Program-made: the position numbers and the translations under genes
Shown: positions 51,201-64,000 of the stretch, in pieces
Position numbering within the stretch: position 1 is the first letter of the stretch
Layout of the letters: every line of letters starts with the position of its first letter
Notes under the pieces: model-generated
The model's database searches: none
Told to the model about the DNA's origin: nothing
The model's input: only the letters and a program-made list of their open reading frames with translations
From: Lama guanicoe
Taxonomy: Eukaryota
DNA: 64,000 bases
NCBI GenBank assembly: GCA_013239625.1
Contig: MU053934.1
Location: 6,776,399 to 6,840,398 of the forward strand
Direction of reading: 5' to 3'

Positions 51201-51454
51201 TCATAGTATGTTTGCAAGCTGTAAATGTGACACTGTATCATTAGCCCTATATTACAGATTATGGAGCCAAGATGCAGGAAGTTTAAGTAGCAGAACCTGT
51301 GAGCAAAAGAACTAGGCCTTGAACCCCAGTATGTCTGGCTCACTCCAAAACCATGCTCCTATCAATTTTCACATACACACACACACAAATTGGAGTAGAA
51401 CAGCTTTTTTTTTCATGTCACAATATATCGTGAGCCTTTTCCACATAAATAAAA

Positions 51455-52330
51455 AGCAAAAATTGACATAATCAGGAGAAATATACAAATCTACAATCAT
51501 ATGGGCAGATTTTAACTCAATTCACATAACAACTGATAGACAAAAAAATCAGTAAACTATGATATACTTTAACAACAGGATCAATAAACTTGACCTCACT
51601 GACACATATAGAGCTCTCACTCATCCATGCACAATGCAAGTTCTCTTCAAATGCACATGAAATACAAGCTGACTATAAAGCAAGTCTCAAAAGACATCAA
51701 AGGAATAAAATCATACAGAATATATTCTCTGGTCACAGTGAATTAACAAGGAAAAAAAAAACCCCAGAATGATAATTAGAAAATAGTTAAACACTTGAAA
51801 ATTAAGCAAAACACTTTTAAATAACTCATGGGGCAAGAAGGAAATCTCAGCAGAAAATTTAAACTGAAAGATAATGAAAATATGACATATCAAAACTTGT
51901 GGGATGTAGGTAAAGCCACATTTAAAGGGAAATTCATAGCCTTAAGCGTATAAATGAGGAAAGAAGGAAGATTGAAAATCAGTGATCTAAGTATCTATTC
52001 AAAGAAAGTAGAGGAGAAGTACACAAAAGTCCTGCCCTGAGGTTGCTCACTGTCACCACCGCTATTCACCATCACTGCCCGAGGCACTACAATAAAGCAA
52101 GGAAAAAAAAAAAAAAGAAAGAAATAGAAACTTTGAGGAATAAAAAGGAAGAAATGAAACTTCCATTATTTATAGATGACATGACTGAGTTCACAGAAAA
52201 TCCAAAAGAATTTACAGGGAAACTATTAGAATTAACTAGTGAATTCAGCAAGGTCACTCTGTAAAGTCAACATACAAAAGCCACTTGTATTTCTACATAC
52301 TAGCAATAGACAGAAAATAAAGTTAAAACA
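51455..52330 (+). mobile_element. Degenerate LINE-1 ORF2 fragments (endonuclease region joined to RT region)
   Basis: A-rich; 52043-52264 translates KKEEMKLPLFIDDMTEFTENPKEFTGKLLELTSEFSKV, the L1 RT LFADDM motif region. The upstream part resembles the endonuclease/linker region. Confidence 0.88.
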
Positions 52331-53652
52331 GGACAACACAGATAGGGAGGATTAATGAGATAACAGGAGTAAAATCCTACCACAGTGCCTGGCATGTAGT
52401 AGGTATCCAAAAAGTGACATGTGACATCAGCACCACTGTTGTTAATGTCATTCTTACCTGTCCAAGTCCAGCCCCAGCTGCTGGGACTGGTCTCAAAGGC
52501 TAGCAGAGTCTGCAGCCTCCCTTCACATCTCCTTCCAGGCCCTAAAACCTCTTGCAGCCACCCTGCAGCCCTGAAGGGCCACTGGGCCTCTTCCCCACAC
52601 TCCAGAGAAGTCCGCCTGAGCCTCAGAGAGGCCTAAACACAGGCAAGAAAGATGTTTCATGAAAAGTGAGTCTCTCCCATTAAAACTAATCTTGTAGAAG
52701 GGTATTTATTCGTGTGGAAAGATGTTCATGAGATACTGTAACAGGAACAAAAATAGCTGTATTACTCCAATTAAAAAAAAAAGTGTGTGTTAGCGTGTGT
52801 GTGTATGAGTCTCTTTGTATGCGTTTATAGAAAAGACTGGAAGGTACAGAAATCAATGTTACTAGTATTTATTCTGGAAGAAGATAGGCTTGGGATGATG
52901 GTCATTTTCTTCTTTTTGATGTATAGAGAGGGGTGTGTGTGTGTGTGTCTGTATGGAGAGGGAGAAAGAGAGAGAGAGAGAGAGAAATGTTTCTGTTTAA
53001 CAGCTGACACCAGGGTTCCTCCCAGGGAAACTCCCACGATGAGCTGCTGGGAAAGAAGAGAGACTATGAGGAAGTCTGGGCCACGTGGGGAGCAGCGGCT
53101 GGTGGGAGTTCCCTGGGGTGGAGGGGCTGAAGGCCCCTTGAGAGCTGTCTGGGTTATGGTCCATTTGGGGTTGCTGGCGCTGCCCTGCAGGAACATGGCC
53201 TTTGCCTCATCTCCATCTGCCTGGTCCTCAGTAAACAGTAAACATACTCCGAACACCCTCTGTGCAAGGTTTTTGGACATTGAGGAAAGACCCAAGTTTC
53301 ACGTGTGAATCAGGGTGGTGGGGACAGGAATGGTGACAGCAGGGACGGGCAGAGTCCTCGTGTGGGAGGCAGAAGGGCTGGAGAACATGCCCCTGGGGTC
53401 CTTGCAGGACCCCGGCCTGGCTTTGGGGATCCGAGACTCCTCCCTGGCGGCTCACGTCCTGTGGGGTAGAGACCCCAGCTGACATTCATTCTTCACTTTC
53501 TCCACAATGAGCGTAAATTACTTGTGAAACTAAAATAGATGTAACCGAAAAAAATGTTTGTCACCGTCCCAGCCGCTGGGCAGAGTGGCGACGTGCTGAC
53601 CGGCGAACACAGCATCCCGGCTGTGTCTCCGCTTGGTTGTAAGGATGCAGCG

Positions 53653-53653
<1 letters not shown>

Positions 53654-53693
<40 letters not shown>
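53654..53693 (+). repeat. (TG)20 microsatellite
   Basis: Directly visible. Confidence 0.97.
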
Positions 53694-53698
<5 letters not shown>

Positions 53699-54134
53699 CG
53701 GGGGAGGGGAGAGTGAAGAATTGAAAATCATTGATGTGTTGAGGGCTTGGGATACTGCCTGACCTTTTCCTCTTTTTGTGATTCTTGTTTGTGCAATAAA
53801 AACAGGAAGGAGTTGAGGAGCTGATCAACATCACTTGGGCGGGTAAGGGAACCTTCTCCATTCCTCACCAACGGCGCCCTCACAGCTACTTACTCCAGAA
53901 GTGGAGGGGCGTGCCAAGGAGGGGGCCGCACATCTACACACCTGCCTGGGCCAGGGCCATGCACTCGTAACTTCAGTTCACCTTCACAGAAATCCCACCA
54001 GGTGGGAATTCCTGTCCCCGGTTTACAGGTGAGGAACTGGAGGCTCAAGGCTCACAGAGACGGCACAGAGCTGGTACACTGACCGAGCCAGGGAGGCAGA
54101 CCCTGAGTCAGGCCTGAGGGGGCAGAGGACTCAC

Positions 54135-54218
54135 TGTGTAGACGGATTCGGATGGAGGCTGCCCCAGGCTGCCAGCAGCGCGGGGGCCCAGGCACTTCTG
54201 GGCCACATGTTTCTGTTT
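54135..54218 (-). CDS. NFAM1: NFAM1 exon 4, cytoplasmic, ends in the first ITAM tyrosine
   Basis: KQKHVAQKCLGPRAAGSLGQPPSESVYT matches the NFAM1 ...KCPDPR...PSESVYT segment. Acceptor cttcttccacag| and donor ACA|GTGAGT; 84 nt, phase 0-0. Not shown in this frame by the ORF track. Confidence 0.93.
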
Positions 54219-55499
54219 CTGTGGAAGAAGGAGTCAGGGCTGTCAGGCCTGGGGGCCAGCGGCTCCCCTGTCTCCCCACCCTCCACCCCCTCAGCCCCCC
54301 TCAGGGGAAAGGATGGCAGACTGTCACGAGGTCACTCGGAAATCGATCACCCGGCACCTTCCACCCACCCTCTCCAGGGAAATGTGACAAATAACTGCAA
54401 GACCTACTCAAACCACTCATCTGCCGGGAGTACGGGAAATGATAAAGATCCTGGTGAGGCGCTGCCCGCACACAGTGCCTGGCTCTGGGGGGGCAGGCGC
54501 TGCAGGGCACAGTGACAGGGCCCTCACTCAGGGGGCCTGAGCGAGTGCCGGCCAGACCAGGTGTCCAGTCTCTCTCTGCCCCTCGCTGGCTCTGTGGCCT
54601 CACTCAAGCCCTTCCCTTCTCTGGACCTCAGTGTCCTCAGCAATAAGCCCCCTTTGTGAGACTGTTGCACAGATTCAGGGAGGTGACGAGGAAGTCAAGT
54701 GCTAGACAGTGGGGTGGCACTTCGGTGGCCCTTGGCCAACCAGCACACACTTGTCAGGCACCTCTGGTAGTCCAGGTGGCGTGAAGAGGGGGACACCATC
54801 CCTGCCCTCCCCGAGCTCAGGGCCCAGTGCAGTTTTACCAAAGTGTGCTACACGCACGGACCTACATGAACAGAGCCTCTGGCACGTGCAAGGGAACAAA
54901 GCCTCAACTGGCAGGAAGGGAGGTTTCAGGCCTGAAGACTGAGATGTTCATTTGGCAAGAGAGGGAGGAGAGACAGAGGAAACAGCACAGGCCGAGGCGG
55001 GGCCTGGTCAGCGGGGCCAGAGGTGGTCAGCGGGGCCCTGGACGGGTCAGGGCGGCTGTGCGGGGCTGCGAGAAGGTGTGGACAGCAAAGAACATCTGAG
55101 GGTTTTGAGCAGGAGGCACCAGATCAGAAAGCAGTCTCAAAAAGCTCCCGCTGGGTGCAGCGTGAAGCACTAAGGGTGGCTGTGGAGGCCCGGGCGGTGG
55201 GCCGTCAGAAAGGCAAGGGCCCTGGGAGGCAGGAGATGGTGCAGTCAGTTCCTTCCAAGGTGGAGGGAGGCTGTCCGGACTCCCCCTCATTGCAGGCACC
55301 ACACTGCCAACAGTGGAGCAACAACAGCCTCATCTCAGGGCAGGAGCTAATTAAAAACCCTGGCTGCCTGCCAATCCCCAGCCCATTTACTTGGGATTAG
55401 CTCTCGAGAGCTACTTAACTTCCAGGCAGAAGCCAGTGCCACCCCCAGTCACAGCATAATAATGGTTCAGGACTGTGGAGCCTCACCGGGTACCAGGTG

Positions 55500-55700
55500 A
55501 GGCTCTAAATGCATCACCTGCCTTATCTCACAAGCCCCTCAACGAACCTGTGAGATCAGTCCTCCTGTCCTTCTATCCTTCTTGTCTGGATGGCCCACAC
55601 AAGAAGCTGCAAAGGCTCAGAGAGAACTTGCAACTTGCCTAAGGCCACAGAGCCAACAGTAACAGGGGCAGGATTTGAACCCAGGTCTCTGTGATTCACC
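55500..55700 (-). mobile_element. MIR SINE
   Basis: ggctcagagag...aacttgcctaaggccacagagc...ggcaggatttgaacccaggtct. Confidence 0.68.
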
Positions 55701-58700
55701 AAAATGCTGACCTGACGGTACCTGGAGGTTTTGCTCCTGTTTTGTTTGAATGTGTAGGACTCACAGACAATTAGGTAAGTGCCGGCATCTGGGAAGTACT
55801 TTACAGCTTACAGAGAACTCTGGGACTTACTGTCACTTAATTCACATAGTAGCCTGAGCGATTGGGGGTAGAATTCCCACTTTCCAGAGGGGGAAACTGA
55901 GGTTCGTCCAGCTAGTCATTGACTGTCCCTGGATCAAAGCCAGAAGCGCTGGGCTTAAATCTAGCACCCTTCCTTTGCACCACCTAGTTCATTGCTGAGG
56001 CTGGTGGGTGTGAGCTCACGGGTAGGGGCTCTCCTGGGACCTGTGGTGAGGTGAGCAAGACCCAGGCCTGGCCTCGTGTGGCTCTTACTGAGATTGGTGG
56101 GGCTGCTGGGGAAGTAAATATCACAGTGAGGCCATGAGAAGGAGTCCCAGTCTGCCAAGGGGCTACAGCAGACTTCTAAGGGCTTTCTTGTCTCCTGAAG
56201 ACAGGAGAGGAGCCTGAGAAAGTGTCCCAGGCTGCGGAAGCAGTGCATTTTGTTCCAGGGGTGGGGATGCTTTTTGGAGCCAGTCCTGCCCCATCCGGAT
56301 GCCCTGTCCCAGACCATCAACATTTACCCTTCCAACTGTGGTTTTCAAATGAATAAACCAATCAGTGTGGCTGTCAGCAGCTTAGGAAACCTGTAGAACC
56401 TCAGTTTCCCCCTCTGTAAAATGGGAGCAAGTTGGTTGCCTTGCCCACGTCATTGCCTGACCACCTCCAACTCATCCTTCAGGAATCAGTGCTCACTTAC
56501 TCTGTCATTCCTTCCACAAGTTCGATGTGTCAGGTACCCCCAGACACAGGGGACACTGAGTTCTTCCTTTCTGGGCTTACGCTCTGGTTGGGGAGCAGAG
56601 GGAGAAGAACCAAGCGGGAAGCAGGGAGACACATACTCCGGGGAGGGGTGATGGAGGCCGGGCCGGGGTTGGGGCAGGAGACAAGGGGCTGGCTCCTGGA
56701 CGAACTGTGGGCAGGACTTGCTGAGGATCAGCTGTTGGGGGAGAGAGGCGGCAAGCACAACACCAAAGCTTCTGGCCTGAGCACCCAGGGGGTGTGGTGC
56801 CACGTGGCAAGATGGGGGAGACTCAGGGGGACTGACGAGTGCTGCTTCGGACAAGGTGGGAGCCGATGCCCGTAGGTGCCCATACGGTGTGAACGTGATC
56901 TGGAGCCTGAGGGGGGCCCTGGGCAGCAACACTGGGTGGAGAATACAATCCCAGGAGCAGAAGCAGTCATGGAGGGTATAGACAGGCAGGGAGAGCTCTG
57001 AGGAAGGGGCCCAGGACGTGTTGATGTTTAGAGGCCACGAAAATATGGGTGACCCAGCACAGGGCCGCCCAGGGAGTCCTGGAACCTAGGAAGAACTGTG
57101 CCATGGAGGAGGGAGAGCCTGCCGTGTCTGAAGCCCCGACCGGATGAGGACGGATCAGCATCGGCAGCTGCCTGCTCAGGGAAGCCAACCTGGACCCCAA
57201 GCTGGGTAGGAGGCCTTGAACCCGCTCTCAGGGCAGGAATCTCCTGCCTCTTCCGGGTCAGTCATGCTCGGCTTTGATTCATTTATCAAATGTGCTCCAA
57301 GGGCCCTCTGTGCCTCTTCCTCCTCTGCCCCCTTCTCTGGGCCCCAGTGCCAGCTGCCTGGCCTGACCTCTTACCCAGGGCCCCCACTGCATACCCTGTT
57401 CCTGCACTCAGCTCATGGTTCAAACTGTGCTGGCCTGGGATGGAACAAGCCACCCTCGGCCATCCAATTCTGGGGTGGCAAATACAGGGTCCACATCTGA
57501 ATTTGGATCCAGCTGCAGGAGCTCTGAGGACTACTTTGGCAACGCTAACCCAGCAGTAGCTTCTGGCCTTCCAAGGTCTCTCTCCTTCAAGGCCAGGCTC
57601 TCACATGAGCCCTTCCTCCCCCAAGTGCAGGAGGGGACGGCAGGAAGCACCTACGCATTATGCTCCTACTGAGTAGGGCACTATCTGGTACCTCCAAAAC
57701 GTGGTCTCTTCTACCCCTTCTGGGTGAGGGCAAGGATCCATCCTTATCCCCATTTCTGGAGGAGAAAACTGAGACTCAGAGAGGGGCAAAATTGACAAGA
57801 GGGCAGGGCCTGCATCTGTCTTGCTTTCCTCTGTGTCTGGCACTTAGCCCAGTGCCTGGCACATTCTAGATACTCAACAGCTATTCCTGGAAGGAGAGGA
57901 GGGAAGATGAGAGGGAGGGGGAGGAAGAAGGTGGGGGTCATCAGGCCATGCAGCAGGGGGAGGGGCTGGGATCGGAACTCAAGCTGAGGCTCCAAGGTTT
58001 GCCCCCTCCTGTCTTCCCCCCAAGACAGAGCACCTACTCTGCACCAGCTGCCTCCCTGGCCTCACAGGACACCGAGATCCAGTCATTACAGCCCACTTTT
58101 TGCAGAGCAGGGGCTGAAGTGGGGGCTCAGGGTCAAGGTCTCTCCCTGGCCCCTCTCTGCGCTCACCCGCCATGCTTCGTGCTCGTGGAAGGCACCAGTG
58201 TGGTCACACAGCTAAGCCCGGTGTGAGCCCCTCCGCACCCCTGCCTGAGGCTCAGTTACTGTGTCCAAGCCCAGGTTCCAGCCCGGGGGCTGCTCGGTGA
58301 GAGCAAGTCGGGAGCTGTCCCACTTGTTCCCATCACTGGGAGTGCAGCAGGGTGGGGACAAAATATACTGAGGGCAAGTCACGGCTCTCTGAGCCTCACT
58401 TTCCAGAGCTATAAAGTGGGACGTAACCTCCCTCCTGAGTTCCAGCAGGACATAAACCAGAGCAGGCAGAGGAGGGTGCCTGGCACACAGCAGCGCTGAG
58501 GACACAATTCTTCCTTCCTTCTAGGTGGCTGGGGATCCCGGGAACCTGGGACAGGGGTTCCTAATCTGAAGAGCTGGAGATGGTAAGCCTGTGGGCCTGC
58601 AGCTTCCGCCAGATACTCAGAGGGACTCGTGACTTGGAAAAGGCTGAAGAGCCCTGGTTTCTTGCAACAAGATCAAAAGGGACCTGGTGGTGACCAGGTA

Positions 58701-58816
58701 GCAGCACAGGCCCAGCCAGCCCGGGACAGGGAGGGATGGACACCCACCACAGGCACCCTCCCAGGGCCCATGGTGAGTGGGCTGGGGGCGGCGTTGCAGG
58801 CGCGTGCATCCCCTAC

Positions 58817-58929
58817 CTTCTTCCAGAGCAGCAGAGCCGTGCCCAGGATGCTCAGGACAGTCAGGAGGCCAACGAAACAAAAGAGCAAGAGCTTCTGTGG
58901 GCCCTGGGAGGGGTCTTGGTACCCTGTGT
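58817..58929 (-). CDS. NFAM1: NFAM1 exon 3, stalk and transmembrane helix
   Basis: DTGYQDPSQGPQKLLLFCFVGLLTVLSILGTALLLWKK. Acceptor cacccag|AC and donor AAG|GTAGGG; 113 nt, phase 1-0. Confidence 0.96.
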
Positions 58930-59565
58930 CTGGGTGGTGAGCCAGGAAGCAGAGGGGTTAGTTACCTGGGAGAGGCCGGGGCACACCCCACCCTCCAACT
59001 CTAGGCCTTTACCCGGGACCCCACTTACAACCCTCCCCGGCAAGGACCCCCAGACCCCACCTCTGCTGAGTCCTCATTCCCACACTCGCTTAGCTGAGTT
59101 CCCTTCTGTCTTTGCTGTCTTGATTCTTGTTCAGGGCAAGGACCACATCCTTTGCTTCTTAGGTGTCCCTGCCTCAGTGCACTGGCTCCACTGAGAAGTG
59201 CTTGTGGGGCCTGGGTGAGTCATTTCATCTCCTGGGACTAGTGATCATTTGGGCAGGAGTGGTGAGGGTGAAGGGGGTAGGTTTTTACTGGGCCTCACAG
59301 GTGCTGGCCTGCCCCAGGGGTGGGCCTCAGGTCACCAGCCAGAGGTGGCCAGAGTTAAAGCCACACCCCAGGCCTCTGCCCTTCCCACACGAAGGTGGAT
59401 GTCTCGACCTATCTGTGTGGCCAGAGGCTCCCGAGATTGCTTTGCTCTGTTTTGCTGAAGCTGAAAGACAAGGCAGACATTCCCCGCTTTAGCTCCTGTG
59501 CCCAAACTCTGCTGGATGAAACCTCTGGACACTCTGTCCTGGAAAAAGCCACAGAGGAAGCTCAC

Positions 59566-59895
59566 CTCTGACCAGGATGAAGGTACCGTTGCCTGTGATG
59601 CTGGAGTTCTGCCAGTGGACCGAGCAGTAGTAGGTGCCGGTGGCAGATGCATTAGGCAGCTTGGGGGTGACCTGACACACTGTGGTGTGGGTCTTGTTCT
59701 CTCTGCCCTGGTGAAGTTTGCAGCCTGTCTGCTCCTCAGAGCTCTTCTGGCCCTGGAGGTCCACATGAAAGTAGCTGACTCTGAAGTTCTTGAGCTCGGG
59801 GATGTATGGATAGGTGATTCTGCAGCTGAAGGAAACGGCCTTGTTGGCCAGAGAGACCACAATGGGGAGGCCAGTGTGGGTCACCGACTGCCCTC
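59566..59895 (-). CDS. NFAM1: NFAM1 exon 2, Ig-like extracellular domain
   Basis: Translates (G)GQSVTHTGLPIVVSLANKAVSFSCRITYPY...SATGTYYCSVHWQNSSITGNGTFILVR, recognisably NFAM1. Acceptor ttccccCACAG|GA and donor AGAG|GTGAG; 330 nt, phase 1-1. Confidence 0.97.
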
Positions 59896-62800
59896 CTGTG
59901 GGGGAAGGAAAAGGAGAGGGTGGCAGCTCTCTCTGCGGGCTGCTTCAGTCCCATCTGCTTCCCCTTGAGGACGTGGCTCACACTTGCACTTCCCATGCAT
60001 TCAATGTGTGTGTCTGTTGTGCCGAGCCCTTTACTCACAGGACTCTACGTTTCCCAACACTTCCAACGCAAAGTGTGTCAGGGCTCCATTTTACAGAGAA
60101 AAAGAGTCCGAGGGTCAGGGAGGTCAAGCTGCTAGCTTTCAATTTCTCAGCAGGTATGGAGTGAAGCTGCAACCCCGCCCAGGGTTGGAAGACTCCAGAT
60201 CCCATACTCCTAACCACTCCTTCCTAAAGGCCAAGGAGCCACACTGGATAAAGGCACAGGTCAGAGACGACTCAAAGCTAGTGAAGGATGAGAAGTAAAG
60301 ACGAAGGAGGCAGGAAACAAAATAAAGAAACCCTTTCTGGCAGGAAGAAGCACTTCCTGGCACAGACAGACACACAGAGGGAGGCAGGTCTGCCCATGGC
60401 TCTCCCCAGCCTGAAGGAGGAGGCATGCAGGCATCAATCAGGAGAGACTAACCTTTCTCTGAATCTGAGCTCAGAGAAGGATTTGTCAAGTTTTTATAGA
60501 ATATAATAAGCAGTTTTCTGACAACGCAGAGGTGTTCCTTATACAGCCATTTGGCTGTGACTATTACAAAGGCAGTTCTGTGGGAGCCGTCTTCTCCCCC
60601 ACCCCCTCCAGCCACCCCTCTCATCAGAAGCACTTAGGAAAACTGAAAGCCCCCAGTACAGCAGCCTGCCTGGCCGAGCCTCCCAGCCTCCTGCAGGCTC
60701 TGGGATGCTGGTCAGATTCTGGGCTGGGTCAGCAGCTGCCACCTCCCCAGCCCCCCTGCTTCAATATGCCCTGTGCCCCAGCACCTTCCTTCTCCAGCAG
60801 CCGAACCACAGACAGTTCTAAATTGAGGTCGGCTGCGAGCAGCTGAGAACATGCTGGCCAGGCTGTTAATCGGGAGAAGATCATGGAGCCGCTCGGAGGG
60901 AGCAGAGAGATTTATTTGGTTGGGGAAGTGAGGCATGGGCCTCCCGCTGCGGTGTGGGGCTGGCAGGAGGCCAGGCTGGCTTCTTCTCAGGACTCTTCAG
61001 CTCAGCCGGGGGCTGGATCCCCAGGTGAGGCGAGGTCAGGCCCTGTGGGGAACTCGGGGACGGGGACGGAGATGGCCTTCCACACCAGCCAGTCTGGCCA
61101 AGCTTGGGCCACGCTGCTATTTGGAGCTTCCTGCTGAGCAACTAAAGAGATCCCATCCCCCCAAAATCTCAAGCTGGTGACAGTTCCAGGGAATTGACTG
61201 GCGTGTCTGGATGTCACAGAGGGTTGGCTTTGTCATCCGTGATGCTCGTGTGTCGGGAAGCACTGAGCCGGCTCCTGGGGCTCCCCTCTGGTGGGTGAGG
61301 CGGGGGAGTTCTTCACACCACACTTTACATCTCCCGGCTGGTGGTGGTGGTTGTTTAACTATAACAATATATTAGTTTTGTCATAAAACAAGAAGTTTTG
61401 ATTCAGGGATGAGGTTTGAGGTGCCACAGGGGCAAGGTGGGGTGCAGAGGTGGCAGGAGGGGAGCTGTCGCATGAGCCCCCGAGTCCCTTACATCCACCT
61501 CTGCTGTCCCCTTGGCCTGGAACCACCACCTCCTCACCTGGCCAGGACTGCGGGCCCCGGGCTCAGCTGGGGAACCAACTTTTACGCACCTCCCCTTTGG
61601 TTCTCCCAGGGACTGAGCCAGGCAGCCAGGCAAACACCAGCGACAGGCTGATATTTCCTCCTGGGGGTTGGGAGGTTGGAATCCAATCAAAAGCACCAGG
61701 AAAGCACCCAGCCAGGGCCTGCAGGGAGGCCTCTTCCCCTCCCCCAGGGCCTCCTGCTCCTCTTCCCGTGTACCTAAGAGGCCACTCCAGGCCCCAGGAG
61801 GCTGGACATGTCGGCACTTTGAGGTCACCTTCCTGTTTGTTCTGGCAGGAAGACATTCATCCAATTGTCTTAAAAAATTATCCTCATCTGAGGTTTCCTT
61901 CTAGAAAATGATGGAACCTGCTAGAGCAATTAAGCCGATCTTTACAATTCTGGGGAAATCTATAAAAATAGACGACCATTGTTCTGTATTCTTCCGTGAC
62001 TCATTATTTTAAGGTCAGACGGATAGGATGGTGAAAAGGCATGGCCCTGGCTCAGGTCTGCCACAGAGAGAACCTCAGAGCTCGGGTGAAATTGCCGTCT
62101 CCAAAAAGCAAAATGATGAGGCTGTCTCTGTGGATCAGCAAGGAGACAGCAGGCCAACGGCCAGGAGGAGGGGGGCCGGCCTGCTGATGCAGCAGTGCGA
62201 TCGGGTTCTGGCCTGGTGTTGTAGCCTCCATGTCCCTTCTTCCACTGGGGCGTCAGCACCCTGGAGCCTGGACCACAGCAGCCCAGCTCCCACCCCTCTC
62301 CTGGACATGTGCCTCCGAGAGACCCCATCTGGGGTGCAGGCTGCTCCAGTTGGCTGCCGCCTAGAAGCATCCCCCAGTTAAGGCTCAGTGCTACAGACAG
62401 GTGCGGAGTAATTTCCAAGTCCACGAATCCTTTTCTGCTACCATTTGTTTGCACCTCCAACAAACATTTAGGAGTACCAGTTAGATCACAGGCCTCGTTC
62501 GAGGCCTGGAGGGGCTCCCTGCCAGGGCAGTGTCCCTGTCTAACAGGGAAACAGAGGGAGCCTGAGGTGGGAGGGCTAGTGGGGAGAGAATCACTGATTC
62601 TGACTCGGGAGATGAGAGATGGGTGGTGAGACCCTGGGGGTCTGGAAGTCATCAGTGAACTGAAAGCAGGACACACGCACAGTGAGGCTGGAAATGGCTC
62701 AAAAACAGAGGGGAAAGAAAACATACTCTGGCTGGGTGTGACACAGGCCCTATGTCAACTAAACACCATGACAAACCTATGAGGCAACTGCTGCAACCCT

Positions 62801-64000
62801 ATTTTGCAGATGAAAAAAACCAGTGGGTCTTAGAGGTCCAAAGCTGCAGAGGTCCTAAGTGGTAAAGTTGGGATTGGAACCCAGTTTGTCTGGCGGTGCT
62901 AAGGAAGAAAAAAGCCAGTACCCAGGCCAGGCAGTGGAGGCAGAGACAAGTCCAGCCAGGTGTGACCGGCACAAGGCTGCGAGCGCTCCTGGTGGCACCA
63001 AGCACAGTAGGTGTCAGATGCTAAAGAGAGGGGTTCGTCAGACCCCTGGTAGGAGGCGTCAACTTGCACAGTTGGAGGCTGACAAGTGGCTTCAAGATCA
63101 CACGAAGTCACAGACCAGAGAGCGTGGGTGAAAGGGGCTTGGACAGAGCTGCTGGGGCATCCAGCCAGCCTTGGGGGCCTGCTTCTCATCCTAGATGCAG
63201 AAGGGCTTCCTCGGGACCCTCACAGAGCTTGGAGTATGCCCCTGAGTGCCACAGGGATAACACAGTGGCTGGTGTCTGTCTCAAGCCCTGTGGCAGTGGC
63301 ATCATGCTTTGCCCCTAGTTCAGGCAAAGGAGTGTTTCCCAAGGGACAAGTGGCAGAGTGAGCCGGCCTGGTGTTTCTCTTAGATTCCTGGGCTGGCAAG
63401 AGGGGCAAACAGCCCAGGGAAGAGGACTGGAGTGGACCCTGGATTTCTGGAGCCATGGCAGGAGGGAGAACCACAGGAGTGGCCCCTGAGTGACCATGAA
63501 ATTGCCCCAGGGAGTCCACGCCACACCCTGCAAGCGCACAGAGACAGGGCCAGTGTCTGCAGGCAGGGCTTCTCTGCCTGTTCCCCCTCCTCCTGGTCAC
63601 CTGCCACCACCTAGCTGACACGTGGGGAGGCTTGAAGCAGGGATCTGAGGGGGGAAGGAGAGAAGAGGGCCCTCGCCCCTTACTCTCACCCCCGATGGCT
63701 TTGGAATGGGCTCAGTGTCAATCAGTTCCAAATCCTGGCTGTGACTTAGGGTTAGAGACTTGAAGAACTAGGTCTCATCTGCGACTGTAAGTGACCGCAG
63801 GACTCTGACTTGCTTGGAGTGGCTGAAGCAGCTCCAGGCGCAGAGGCATCTCCCCCATGCCCAGAGGTTGCTTTGGGATAATTCTCCAGGATGTGCTTGC
63901 ATCCCTGTGAAGCCTAGGCCCGCACAGGCACAGATAGGCAAGCACTTCAAAGAGACTCGAGTGTTTTCTGCAGGAGGGACAGATTGGTGGCAGGAGAGAG

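Noticed and set aside
59498..59968. 156-aa plus-strand ORF over NFAM1 exon 2
   Set aside because: Antisense shadow of a real coding exon.
61279..61296. CTCF-like motif (minus CCACCAGAGGGGAGC), with a similar one near 53995
   Set aside because: Mismatch at a core C position; cannot be supported without a PWM scan or ChIP data.
61960..62724. 254-aa minus-strand ORF in NFAM1 intron 1, considered as exon 1
   Set aside because: No signal-peptide-like NFAM1 N-terminus ending at a phase-1 donor; the true exon 1 is most likely beyond 64000.
1..64000. CRISPR arrays, tRNA/rRNA genes, prokaryotic systems
   Set aside because: The sequence is mammalian; no repeat-spacer array or structural RNA gene was recognised.

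Overview
Mammalian (non-primate, non-rodent-looking) genomic DNA, GC-rich and full of ancient repeats (MIR, L2, old L1M, MLT1, LTR16). I saw no recognisable young lineage-specific SINE. The only clear protein-coding gene is NFAM1 on the minus strand: coding exons 2-6 at 59895-59566, 58929-58817, 54218-54135, 46299-46213 and 44850-44791, all with GT-AG sites and consistent phases; exon 1 lies beyond the window end. Downstream are two CpG-island promoters, both pointing in the minus direction. (i) ~33600-33750 drives a two-exon spliced, polyadenylated transcript (exon 1 ends 33392, terminal exon starts 29137, clustered AATAAA at 28701-28960). By my recollection of human synteny this is the LINC01315 position. 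Splicing creates a 36-aa (or 88-aa, poly-Lys-led) ORF, followed by a second 40-aa ORF that overlaps it at an ATGA stop/start. (ii) ~13300-14200, interrupted by a 603-N gap, has a strong minus-strand donor and is probably the distal non-coding first exon of TCF20. Several repeat-free, homeodomain/SOX/TCF-motif-rich blocks look like enhancers. Almost all ORFs in the supplied track are spurious.
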